From the NCBI GenBank assembly GCA_004298075.1, contig SCRK01000054.1, positions 1-50,942 on the forward strand: a stretch of DNA of 50,942 nucleotides. The letters are read 5' to 3'. This DNA is from a bacterium (lineage in GTDB: Bacteria > Omnitrophota > Gorgyraeia > Gygaellales > Profunditerraquicolaceae). The translations under genes and the position numbers were made by a program. Shown here in pieces: positions 1 through 12,000 of this stretch. Position 1 is the first letter of the stretch, and each line of letters begins with the position of its first letter. The notes under the pieces were generated by a model that worked only from the letters and a program-made list of their open reading frames with translations, had not been told where the DNA came from and did not search any database.

Positions 1-2
1 AC

Positions 3-3000
3 TGCTTTACCGCCATGGCCTACACAAAAGGTATGGAGTCTTTTAAGCCGCCTCTAAAGATCTACCATTGGCGCAATAATCCGGGAGGAGACCTGGTAGT
101 ATGCGTGAGCTCGGCTATTGATTGCCGGAGTTTGGAAGCTATGGCGGACAGTATTTACGGCGAGTTCGATAAAGATATAGAAGATTTGATGATGAGGTTG
201 AGTTCCGTTTACGGCGAGGAAACTCTAAACCACATCAAATATTCTCTGGTTGAGGATATTAAATCCAGGCTGAGGGAAATCCTAAGTAAGTTAGGGGAAG
301 ACAATGATCAGATTTTTCTTCCCGTGATCCCTTTGCTTGTACCGGGCATGGGAGGTTCAGGCAAGAGCACATTCACGGATGAAGTGCTCCCGTATATCAG
401 TCAAGAGATCGACAAGTATATAGAAAAATTAACAGGGGAAAAAATTAATAATTTCATCAGGCGCATGGAAAGCGATAATAGCATGACGCAGTTTTTAGAT
501 AGAGCATACGACATAGGCAACCGTAAGCAGTGCGAAGATTTAAGAGACAAATTCCAGGTGCTAAGGTTTATCCGCGGCATGCTAACTGTTTTAAAGAAAA
601 ATAAAAGCGCGCTTATGACGGTTTATGACGGAGATTTGCGCGGCCGCTATAAGGTGGGGTTAAACTGCCATGGAAATATAGTCATATATATTGGAGATAA
701 AGCCAGGATTACCCTGAAAGAAAAGTCTGAGGAGCATTGGGTAAATGTTCTCAGCTTTGAGCTTTTCGAATGGGATGAGGTCGTTAACCAATTCAGATGG
801 AAAGAGCAGGAAGGGTCCCGTCTGCAGAGGATAGTCATTAATCCTAAGAATAAGAGGGAGTTTTTTACTAATCGCATAGAGCTCGACGGTAAGGAATTCA
901 GCACCATAGGTTTTGATAATACAGAATACATTATCGTTCATAATCCTGACGACGGCAGCGCTCGCCTGGTTATCGACTTGCCGTCTTTAGTCAATAAGAC
1001 AAAACTTCGTTCAGGCAAAAGAGAATGCAGGGTGGTGAAGTTTATCAATGACGCGCAAGGTAATCTTTTTGAATACAACGGCCAAAAAAGCAAGGAGCTG
1101 CGCGTAAGGACACTGTATATCCGGGCCACAGAACAAGAGAAAACAATTACACTTTACATGAATGAAGTCCCCGCGATAATTCCTAAACATAAGTGGGGGC
1201 AGGTTGCCATGGTTTTAGAGTCTTACGCAATTAACCTTAACAGATATCGCAATCAGGAGGTTTCAGGAGCAGAAAAAACCGAGATTGTAGAACAATTACC
1301 GGAAGATTTAAAAAAGATTGAAAAAGGCGTGCAAAAATTGACTGAAAAAGGAGAGCAGGAATTGAAATTAGTAATCAAGAATCTTGAGGCACTACGACAG
1401 GAAGCAATTAAGGAAGAGTTCCTTGAACGGGTCATTCCCGGTTCCGGCGTAGTGGAAATTGAAGGCATTATAGCTACTGCTTTTTCTCAAAAGATTTTAG
1501 ATAGCCTCAACGGAGTTTTTAATCCTTCGGAAAACTTTGATTTAATAAGCATTAAGAATGCCGAAGATGAGCAGTTAAGGGATTGGCCTAAAGCCATTGA
1601 GTTGGTAGCGCATTTTCTTTACCGCCTACGCCGGATAGCTCTGGTGCGTGAAAGACAAAGAGGCAGGGTCACTAACGATCCGGATTCCCTGACCGATATA
1701 ATAGAAAAAAGGGTCATTTTGCAAAGGACCGAGGAACGCTTGCTGGCTAACTTGATGTTGGGATGCCCAAGAGCTTATAATCTTAGCTTGGCAGAGCTAA
1801 TCCATGATCTTTATCGCCGCGGAATTCTGGATTCAAAAGAATTTATTAGAGAATTTGGAGAGTTATTAATGCAGAAGTTTGGGTTTAACGTAAAAGAAAT
1901 GAGCAAAGAGCTTTTTAAAACTTGTGAAGACTATATAACTAAAATTATCAGGAATCCCCGCGCCGCTTTTAGCGGAAATAACTTACACCGTTTTAATAAA
2001 AAAGGCCAACCTGATCCCTATTCGTATGAATTCTATACAAGAAGAACACATCTGCGATATGGCCTGGTTTTTGCTTTCCCCGTAGTTTATAAATATTTCC
2101 ACGATACATTTGTTAAAACATTTGAAACGGCTCGCAAGAGATTGCGTGGTTTTATGATTCCCTCTTTAATCTTCTCAGCTCCTGAAGGTACGCCAAAACT
2201 TCACTTAGGCCTGAAAAACAGGATGACTTATGCAATAAAAAAGTTTTTGGTTAAGAGCGCTCCTTACCGTTCTTTGAGAAGTATTTTGCGAGAATGCCAA
2301 CAGCGTGGTGATGTTGAGGAAGCTAGAACAATGATCCAGCGCTTATGGGTGGTTGTCTCTGAGATAGAAGCCCGCGGGGTCCATATTGAGGTGCCGTATT
2401 TTAACCTGTTTGCTACGGATTTAATACTGGACGACAGGACGCAGGAAAGGCTGGTTTTATACCACTTCAACGGCTTGTCTTTAGATGCCGATACTTACAA
2501 GAAAGCCAATTATGCTTATAATTTCGTAGCTAATGATGCCGGGTTGCTTCAGTGGCAGGCGCTGTGCGATATTTATAATCAGGAATTCTTTGATAAGCTT
2601 CCCGAAGAAAAAGAAGAATTTAAGCGGCGATACTTTGAGGTAGGCTTGGAGCGTTGCCAGCAGGTTGACGAACCGAGGAACCTGGATATTCTTGATGACC
2701 AGCTGATCTACATTGAAGAAATGCTGCAAAACGGCAAAGTTTATTCATTGCACAATTCATATCTAGAGAAATATGCCCGTAGCGTTACGCCGGACAAAAG
2801 CAAGCAAGGGAAGCTCTATGTATGGTTGTCATTGTATAAGAGGCATCTTAAACAGCTTAAATTCAAAGCACTGGAAGCGTTAATTGGCGAATTTGGGCAA
2901 GAAGTCCAAAAGAACCCCCGGTTTGTTGATCTGATCCAAAAATACGATATATATGAGGTTTTTAAAGATTTGTATCATCTTGAAGCAGATAGCCGTCAAA

Positions 3001-6000
3001 AACTAGAAACAATGGTTCAGTCTTTGTGGGCTAAGGGTAAATTTACCAGGGATGAGCGGCGCATGTTGGGGGCATGGCTTCTCGGGGACCTGAATTTTTT
3101 TGATTGCGATAAAGGTATCAATAGCAATACTGTTTCGTCCAGTCCGGTTAAGGCACCGCTTCAGATTTTGGATAGTTTTGTTCAAGCAATAAATATGGCA
3201 GAACAACGTTTGGTTGAGGTGCAGCTGCAGCTTTTGCAAAGGAAAGCCGCAGCAGAGTGTATTAAAATATTTAATGACCGCTTGATTGCCCCAGGGAAAA
3301 CTTTCATATTGGCAGAACTTCCTACGGGTGAGTTCTTAATGCAGTTAAGCGCCTTAAAATATGATATCGGCCTTTATCGAATCAGGCGCACTGGAGATTG
3401 GGTTGTTGTGAAAGGAAAGCCGTCAAGCAATAAAATTATGAAAAACTCAGCGCTTAAGACGCTTCTTGAACTTGGCCAAAGCGATATATCTTTGCTTAAT
3501 CACCCTTGCGGTCACACTTATCCTCTTCCTAATGAGATCTATAATGCTTTTTATCGCGGACATAGGTTTAATTATATCATTTCAAATAAAGGAATAAGGT
3601 TTTTTGACCTTAGCCAGATAAGAAATCCCGATACCAAGAAGTTTTTCCTGGAATTAATCCCGGAAGGCGAATTGAGCCATTTTTATTTTGATGTCCAAAA
3701 TTGCCCGGATTTAAAGTGGAACGAAGAATACAGATCATCTGACGCCTGTGTTCAATGGAATATTATTAATAATCTTATCCCATGGAGCAGCTTTAAAGCA
3801 AAAGATATAATTGATCATAAACAATCAGAGTGGATCCAATGGTTAAGCAGCAATAATCCATATGACCGAGTAAAAGCCATACGTTTTGCAAGTCATCTTA
3901 CACCAACAGAGTCAGTAGATGTTATTATTGGCTATTTTAGTGATCCCGAGGATATCGTACGTCTCCAGGCTATTATAGCGTTAGCGCAGATGGTTGAAAA
4001 AAATAGAGGAAACGAGCCTGCGCTGTGCGCCCTAAAACAATGTTTAGATAACGAAGCTGCCCTCCGGGGTTATCTATGTTTCAGAGATATTTACGGGCCA
4101 TACAAAGATTTTGCACAAAGAGGGCTGTTGACCAATCTCAAGCGCATATGCGCTTCGCCTTTACAAGCGATCGAATTTGATTTCCTATTTTTTTATTTCT
4201 CAATGAAAGCGCTTTCAATTACCGGGCCAGTAAGCTTGCCGCGGCGCGTATTAATTACCCCCGCGTTAAAAGCAAGCTCGGCAATAAAAGATAGGGTAGC
4301 CGGGATTTGCGCGCATATACCTTACCTAAGGCATGAAGGGATGCAGGGAGCAGGAGATCTGGCCGGGGTATTAAAGCTACTTGAGTATGCGGCGCTAAGC
4401 GGCCTGCGCATTGTCCAGCTTCTTCCGTTCACCATTTCAAGCTACGGCTATGGGCCTTATTCCGTTGAGGATGACCGCTTAAAAGAGCCGCTTTATATCA
4501 GTATAAATTGGCTGCTTAGATGGATCCCCTGCGAAAAGGCAGCCAGGTATCTCGATGAAAAGCGGGGGGATATCGAACAGGCAAATTCCCTGCAATTCGT
4601 GGATTTTGGCTTTTGCGAGAGAATAAAATTCCCGGCGCTTAGATATATTTGGGAAGAGTTTAACTCTAATCCTGTATATAAATGGTATCATCCGCTTAAG
4701 CTTTCCCAGGCCTCCTTCCATTTATGGCGAAAAATTAAAGACAATATTGACACGCGCCTTCTTTACAGGGTCTTAAAGCGTAAATTTAACTCCGAAATTG
4801 AGAATGGCTGGGATTGGCGGCTTTGGCCTGAAGAATTAAAATTACGTAAGAAGGCTGCCTTGAATGAGGCGAGGAAAGAGTACAGGGGGGAGATGGCATA
4901 TGAACTATTTTGCCAATGGATATTCGCCAAACAATTCCGGGAAATAAGGCGTTTCGCCGGGAGCAATAACGTTAAACTTATGTGCGATGTGCCGTTTTCT
5001 CCGGAAGGCGCGGATGTGTGGATGTATCCCGAGGCCTTTGACCTTAAGCCGCCTGATTTTAAGCGTAAGCTTAGCTGTGGGGTGGCTTCCGACATGTTCA
5101 GCCGGAACGGGCAATACTGGCAATTCTATTATTATACCTGGGAAAAAATCAAGGCGATGTGGTTCTGGGCCGCGCGTTTTATCAGCCGCTGGCTTGAGGG
5201 AATAAAGATACTGCGTTTTGATCATAATTTAGGGGCGTATAGGACCTATGTGTATACAGAGATTGAGCTGACCTTAAAAAGGCTGGGGGTATGCGGCCAT
5301 ATTGAAAATGCCATGGAGGAGGGTTTCTTCCATCCCGGGAAGAGGGAGGCTATTGCCCGGGAGGCATATTTGAGCATTTTAAACAAAGCCTACGAGTCTG
5401 CCGCGCTTGCCGCATATCGCGATTATATTTTTGAAAGCGGCGGAAAATTACGAGAATCCGGCATGGTTTTTATCGCGCGCGAAGCTAAGAATGGCGCTCA
5501 TATGCAGGGTGGTTTATGGTTTAACCCCGGGGAGGTGACCGAACAAAAGATCTTTAACAAAAAACCGAATTGGGATTTCATACGCATATCCGATAATAAT
5601 GAACGGCGGGAGGATGAGATCTCTTCTCCCGACCTGGATCATTTTAGGTGTTATCTTTTCCCCGCTGATACCGCAAATTTACCCCGCCCTGATGACATAG
5701 TAAAATTCGGCTTCTTTATTCCCGGCCCGGGGAGAAAGCTTAACCTTTTGTTAAAATGGCTGGGTAAATTATTCGGCGCCACACTAGTGGTTGAAGCCTT
5801 GGGGTTACTTACGGATTGGATCAGTGAAGATCTGGAGAAAAGCGGGGTGATAAACTATGTCCCGGCTATCTATGGCTTGACCCCATGGGATACCGGGAAC
5901 AGGTACTATTTCCCTAATCATAAGAAAGAAGCTTTTGCCACTTTGGCTTTGCATGATTCTCCGACCCCTAAATCCACCTGGGAAGAATGGCGTAATATTG

Positions 6001-9000
6001 CCGGCTCCGAAGCAGAGGCGAAGCAGAGGCGTCAGCAGATACTTGATTGGTTATGGCCGGGCAAAATGGCGCTGGCAGAGGATCATCAGGAATTCGGGGC
6101 GGATCTGCACAAGGATATTCTTTTGAAGACTTTTCAGTCTCCTGCTTCAATGGTTGTTATTTTGATGTCGGACCTCCTTAATCAGGGCGAAGAGGGGCGC
6201 ATTAATAACCCTGATCCTAAATCAAGCCATCCCAATTGGCGCGCGCGCATGCCCAAAGAGTGCACTATAGATGACTTGCTGGGGGCGGTTCGGAAGAAAG
6301 CCGTTACGGAGAAGGCGCAAGTTGTGCCGGATCTTTTGAATTGGCTGCTGGAAGAATCCGGGCGCAAAACCGCTGCTTCTTCCGTATGCGTAACCTCCGG
6401 CATTTCCTCTTGCGGGCAATCTCCTGCCGGCTGCCTTTTGAATACGCGCTTATCTATCACAAATTCAGCAGCGCACTCACGTCTAATGATCAATCCGCAG
6501 AATGAACTTTCAATCTTGTTCAACGCCTCAAGCGGGATCGTGCGCGCGGGGCCGGTAACTCCAAACTTGTTCACTTCCGGCGCATTAGCCTTGGCAAGTT
6601 CCCCTCAAAGCGATCCAGAGCCAAAGAGCGATGACGAGCAGTTAGGGCTGGTTGCTATCTTCAGCGCCTTAACCGAAGGCTGCGTATATGATCACAGCGC
6701 AGGCCAATTTACCGTAAGCCCCGAGAGAATAATACGGAATTTGGAGAGCGCCGAAAAGAGCCTAACTGCGCTTAATATCCCCTCAACAATATATGGGCAT
6801 GGATTTTCCACCCAGCCTCCAATTATTTCCCGCCTGAACCATGGATTAGACTATCACGGCATCCATAACATGATCCAGGAAGACAAGATCGTTAATATCA
6901 GCGTTAAAGATTATCACATGCTGAAGAAATTATTGCCATTTTTAGGGGAGCTAAAAAATGAAGAGGCACAGTTTGGGGCGGGCAACTTAGATATCCGGGG
7001 CATTACCTCTTATTTTGAAGCGAAAGCGTTAGGGCGCTGTTTATATGACGGAGGCAACCTGGAATCATTTATGAAATTGCTGGAAAAAGGAGAAAAGCCC
7101 ATACTTGGAGATTACCTTAAAGGGATTTTACCTGATTTTGGCGTGAGGCCGGAGGATGGTTTTGAGATCATTGACGCGCGCGAGATAGATAAAAGGCATA
7201 TCTTCCTGACCGTCCTCCTCCACGGCCGTACCGTAATTTCCCTGACTATGGGGTATCCGACCAAATACGCCGACTACGAGTATGAAGGAAGGACCATCCG
7301 GCAGAGGGAAGGAGCCGGCAATGTTTTTTCACCGGATTTCAACGAAGAAGGAAGGCCTGTTCTTTGTAAAGGAATAGACAGGGAGCGCCTCAAGGAGAGC
7401 ATTAAGCGTATGCATGAAAAAGGGAAAAAGGCGCTCTTTGATTTCGTTGCCTGGCCGTCCATAGCTTTTCTCAATGATGATACTTACGTTTATTGCGTTC
7501 ATCATCCTGTTGACCGGAATATGCCGGATGAGCGTTTACTTAGCGAGAGAGGATACAAAGGAGTAAGATTGCATTTAACTAACGGCGACAAAGTCTACGT
7601 GCAAAGAAGAGGAGAGGGCGAGTCGCAGGATCAGTTAGACCCGAATTTTGATCTGCGCACACCTGTCAACGGAAAATTGGAGCCGCCGGGGTATTTCTGG
7701 CAGCGTTTCTATACCCGTTGGATACTCTACCTGATCAAGGAATTCGGTTTTGACGGGGCAAGAGTTGACCTGGCCCATAACTTGAACCACGGCGGAGACT
7801 ACATCATGTTCCAAAGCATACTTTTTAATGTTAAACGCCATGCCTGGATAGATCTTAGAAAGAAGGTTTTCTTTATTCTCGAGACCTATAGGCCTGAAGA
7901 CCGCGATATGTTTGAGCGTTGGAACGGAGAATATTGGTCAAGAAGAGGAGAGCCGTGGCTTAATCAGCTTAAAGCTGATTTTGTGGCGATGAAGGATAAA
8001 ATACGCCATCACTTCCTGACCTTGCAGGACCTTTTCTCGAACATTTTCGGGAAGGAGCTGGGGATTTTAAAGGAGCTGGGAGAAGGCCTTATAATGGGCC
8101 AGGACCGTGAATTTCAGGCATTCCAGCACGATTTCACGGCAACATTAATGGCCTCCGGAACTACCGGGGAGCGCTTACGCAAGCTTGCGGATGGCCAACA
8201 GGATGAGGTTCCATATACCTTTATCCGTTCATACTTTAAGGGCGTCTACGATAATATTGAAAGGCGGGAGTCGGTGGTAAACTTGATGAATTCGCTGGAA
8301 TGGTTCATCAACAACCGCCATAAACTGGTGCTCGTGATCGCTAATTACGATGAACGTTCTTTGGTGGATCTGATACCGGATGAAGCTGTACGTCTGGAAT
8401 TCATTGAGGTGTTCCTCTATTTCGTAAAAGCAGGTTACGATGTGCTTATTAGCTTCCGGGATATTAAAGAGCAGGTAGGGGAGAATATCCCTGTTCCCGG
8501 AGGCAAGGGCACGGTAATAAACGGAGATGCCGATTACATCGTTTGGGAAACGCATCGTCATCCCCCGCAGGCCGAATTCATAAGAAATCTTGAGGTTCTT
8601 CTGGGGGATCAATTGTCCGAGGCGCGTTTTTATCAAAAGATGACGGATACGGAAGATATCAGGATAGATGAAGTTTCCCTGGATAGAGGTCAGAATAAGC
8701 TTGTATTCAGAAATGAGCATAAGGATATCAGGGTATTTGATCTCGCTTCGATGATGGAGCGTCTCAAGGCCTCGTCTTCTATTACGGATCCATTAGGGTT
8801 GCGGCAGGGTGAAATTATAATAACTGGTTACCTCTCCGTGGCTGGTGGGGACCAGTTCCCTGTCGCAGCCCTTTCAAAAGGTTCATCTTCTGCTTTGCTG
8901 TCCCTAAGAAAGGTAATACTCGTAACAGCCATTCTCGGCAGCATACTTTTATTCGGTCCTTTACCTGCACTGACCGGTTTGTGCCTGGCGGTCCATATCA

Positions 9001-12000
9001 GCCTATCTCGCAGTTTGCTTAGGTCCAATAAAGAATTCAGGGAAAATAGGCCGCAAAAGCCCGTGAAATTAGCAATAAAGTACGCGGGCAGGAAAATACT
9101 TAGGAATGTCAGGATTAATTTTACAGAATTATCTAAGAAGATCAAGCAGCATCTTGCCGCAGAATCAGAAATCGGGGCAAGCATGAGCGTCATTCAGGAA
9201 AAGTTAAATAAATTCCAGGAGCTAAAAGAAAGCTTAATCAATTCGATATTAAATGAGCACATGGCGACAAAAACGGTTTGTCTTGCTTTATTGAAAAAAG
9301 TCCAGGAAGAATGCCCTCTCACTGAAATAGGCTCTGAAGGCGTCTCTTCGGCCGCCTCCAGTCCTTTAGCTACGGTATACCCGGCTTTTACCACCGTAAG
9401 AAATAGCGAGAGGGGGATGCCGGTTGTAAAAATCACATTGAGAAATACCGACAAGAGAGGGAGTCTGCTTCTACCGGACGATATAAAAGTACTTAGTGAC
9501 ACGGCTTATCCAATCAATGAATTAAACGATATCCGCATGCGGATAATAGATACTTTTGATGCTGTTTGGCCGCTTTCGGAGAATCGCCCCATTATGGAGC
9601 GCAGCTTCATTATCCATCCTTGTCTTCCCATACGTGGTCACCGCGATCATACCTATTTGTGCGTCAGCACTAAGAATAACTTTTACTTGGCTCACGCTCT
9701 TTTCAGGCAAACCCTGCCTATTGAATTTAAGCAGGTTGTTTTGAAGTATAGAGGCTGGCGTACCTTGACCTTTGAAATACCTTTAGAGATATTAGAAAGT
9801 CACCGCTTAACTCTATGCCAAAGAGAAAAATACGGGATAATCTCGGAAGATGACTGGATTGCGGAATTACTGGAATACGTGAGGTTTAAGATATTTGTTA
9901 TCGGCGAGGAATTCACCCGTTCTCCATTCACCCGGTTCAGCGCTTCGCCGCTGGAGGGAGGGATGCAGAATTACTTTGTGAAAACCGCGGGAAGAAAAGG
10001 GAAAACAGGGCCATCAGCTTATTCTTCTTTTTCTGCGAGATACGATTATGGAGCGTTGGTAATGGGATTGTATAGATTTGAAAGGATAAATGGGGGCAGC
10101 CCAATTCAGGATGGGAGAAATTATCCGGAGCTGCGCGCTAATATCGCCAGAATCTTAGGGAAATCCGGATATCCGGCCCTGGCGGATATATTTTTTGATA
10201 CTTCCTCCCCGCTTTCAGCAAAAATGGCAATCCAGCAAACTCATGTAAAGAAATTGCAAGTTTGGCAGTCTAAATATGAAGATTGGAATGAAGTCGCGGA
10301 AATTGTCCCGGATTTAGTCAAGTTCAACGGCATTAATGGTTATGGGCGTTATCTAACGGAGGATGAGATAAATGCTTTGGCACAAAAAGTGCAGAACGGT
10401 AATAAAGCTGCAAGAGAGGTGCTCATTCTGACAAGGCGTGCCCAGGTTGCCGGCGCAGTAGAGAGATTTATTTTTGAGAATCCCTGTTTTAGTCGCGATG
10501 ACAAAGATGACCTTATGCAAATTGCAACATTCGGCAATGGAAAAGGCGTTGGTGGTCTTGCCCGGGCAGTAGAGCTTTTTGACCCGGATAACGGAGGGCT
10601 TTTTTCTGCATACGCTAAAATGTGGATTAAGTCGGCCTTATCACAAGGATTGCGCAGGCGGTTAAAGAACAAAGTGCGGCCTTTTGATTACGATCCGAAT
10701 GGATCCCGGGAAGGCGGCCCGGTTAACCGCATATCCGAAACAAAATGTTTATTTGAGGATGCATTGGAAGCTGATCTATCTGCGCATTTGCAGGAAGCTA
10801 TCCGGTATTTATCATGGACAATCTCGGCCAGAGATAAGGATATTTTAATTAGCCACATTAATGACGAGTCTAACCCCGCTATAGGTAAACGTCATAAAAT
10901 AAGCAATGAGAGGGTCCGGCAGATATTAGATAGGACGACGCAACAGCTTAAGGAGATGGTCCGCTCTGGCAAATACGCATTGATAAAGGCATTAGTTGGC
11001 ACGAAGGTGAGTGTTCCGGCAGTAAGCAAGCAATTTAATATCCCAGCTACTACACTTTATGTCCGGATTAAGGCCCATGGCATATCCCTGCCGGAATTGC
11101 GCAAACAGCTCATTTTAGAGTTAGGAAAGAATACGGGATTCGAAGCGGATGAAATGGCCGCGGAGCTTGGCATAACCAAAGAGTCTCTCTTTGACAGAAT
11201 GAAAAAACTGGGTATTCCGTGGCTAGAGGCAAAACATGCTTACGAAAAAGAATGGTTAATGCCGGCTTTAGCCAGTTGCGGAGGCAATATCTCTGAAGCG
11301 GCCAGGAAGCTTGTTATTGCCGAACAATGCTTACGTAAAAAGTTAGAGCCGTATAAATCAGAGCTAAAGGAAATGCGGCGCCAGGCTCTATTGGAAAGAA
11401 GAGTGGCAAGAAGAATGACAATCCTGCATGCCCTGGATGAAGCTGATTACAGCGTACCGCGTGCCGCGGCATTATTAAGCATGAGTACCGACACTCTATA
11501 TCAGAACATAAGCGATTTGGGCGTTGATTTAAATGCAGGAAAGAAAGCACGCGATAAGAAATGGCAGGATGAGCAGAGAGCAGAAATAACCGCCGCCTTG
11601 GAAGCAGCCGGATATGATATTTCCAAAGCAGCGAGGATGCTCGTGGTAAATCTTAACACCTTGCGTTGGCGAATAAAGAGCCATAAGATTGACGTGCAAA
11701 CTGGAAGGCAATCATATCTAAAAAGAATAAAGGCGGAAGAGCGGGCGCGTATTACAGAAGCTCTCATCTTTTGCGGTAACAGGGTAAGCCTTGTTTCCCG
11801 GTTCCTCAAGATCTCCAAAGATATTTTATATGATAGGATAAAAATTTACGGTATCGATATAAGCAATAAAGAACTCCTCAGACAGATTAACCATATTTTT
11901 GTTTCTAGCTTGTCTTTGCCGCCTTTAGTTGAGGACAATGCTATTTTCCCGGTGGTCGATTCGCCCAGTACAAACCTTTTTAAGCTCATAAACGAAACCC

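Noticed and set aside
4151-4162. Nucleotide look-alike gcttcgccttta, which would read ASPL
   Set aside because: It is out of phase: it starts at a position not divisible by 3. The real translation here is SAYALRLYK, so it is not counted as a motif copy.
4275-4286. Proline-less motif relics: SSAI here, plus SSSI 8772-8783, SSAL 8886-8897, SSSSI 14763-14774, SSAL 34392-34403 and ASV 43434-43442
   Set aside because: They are plausible decayed junctions because they lie at apparent domain edges. They are too degenerate to distinguish from ordinary Ser-rich linkers, so they are not in the strict tally.
5622-5633. SSPD inside the GH77 module
   Set aside because: It sits between conserved amylomaltase blocks and has the wrong last residue. 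It is probably a chance match or a surface insertion rather than a boundary. SSPG at 49506-49517 is similarly weak.
8229-8720. 163-aa minus-strand ORF
   Set aside because: It is antisense to the GH13-like module (region IV IANYDE lies here on the + strand). I saw no independent support.
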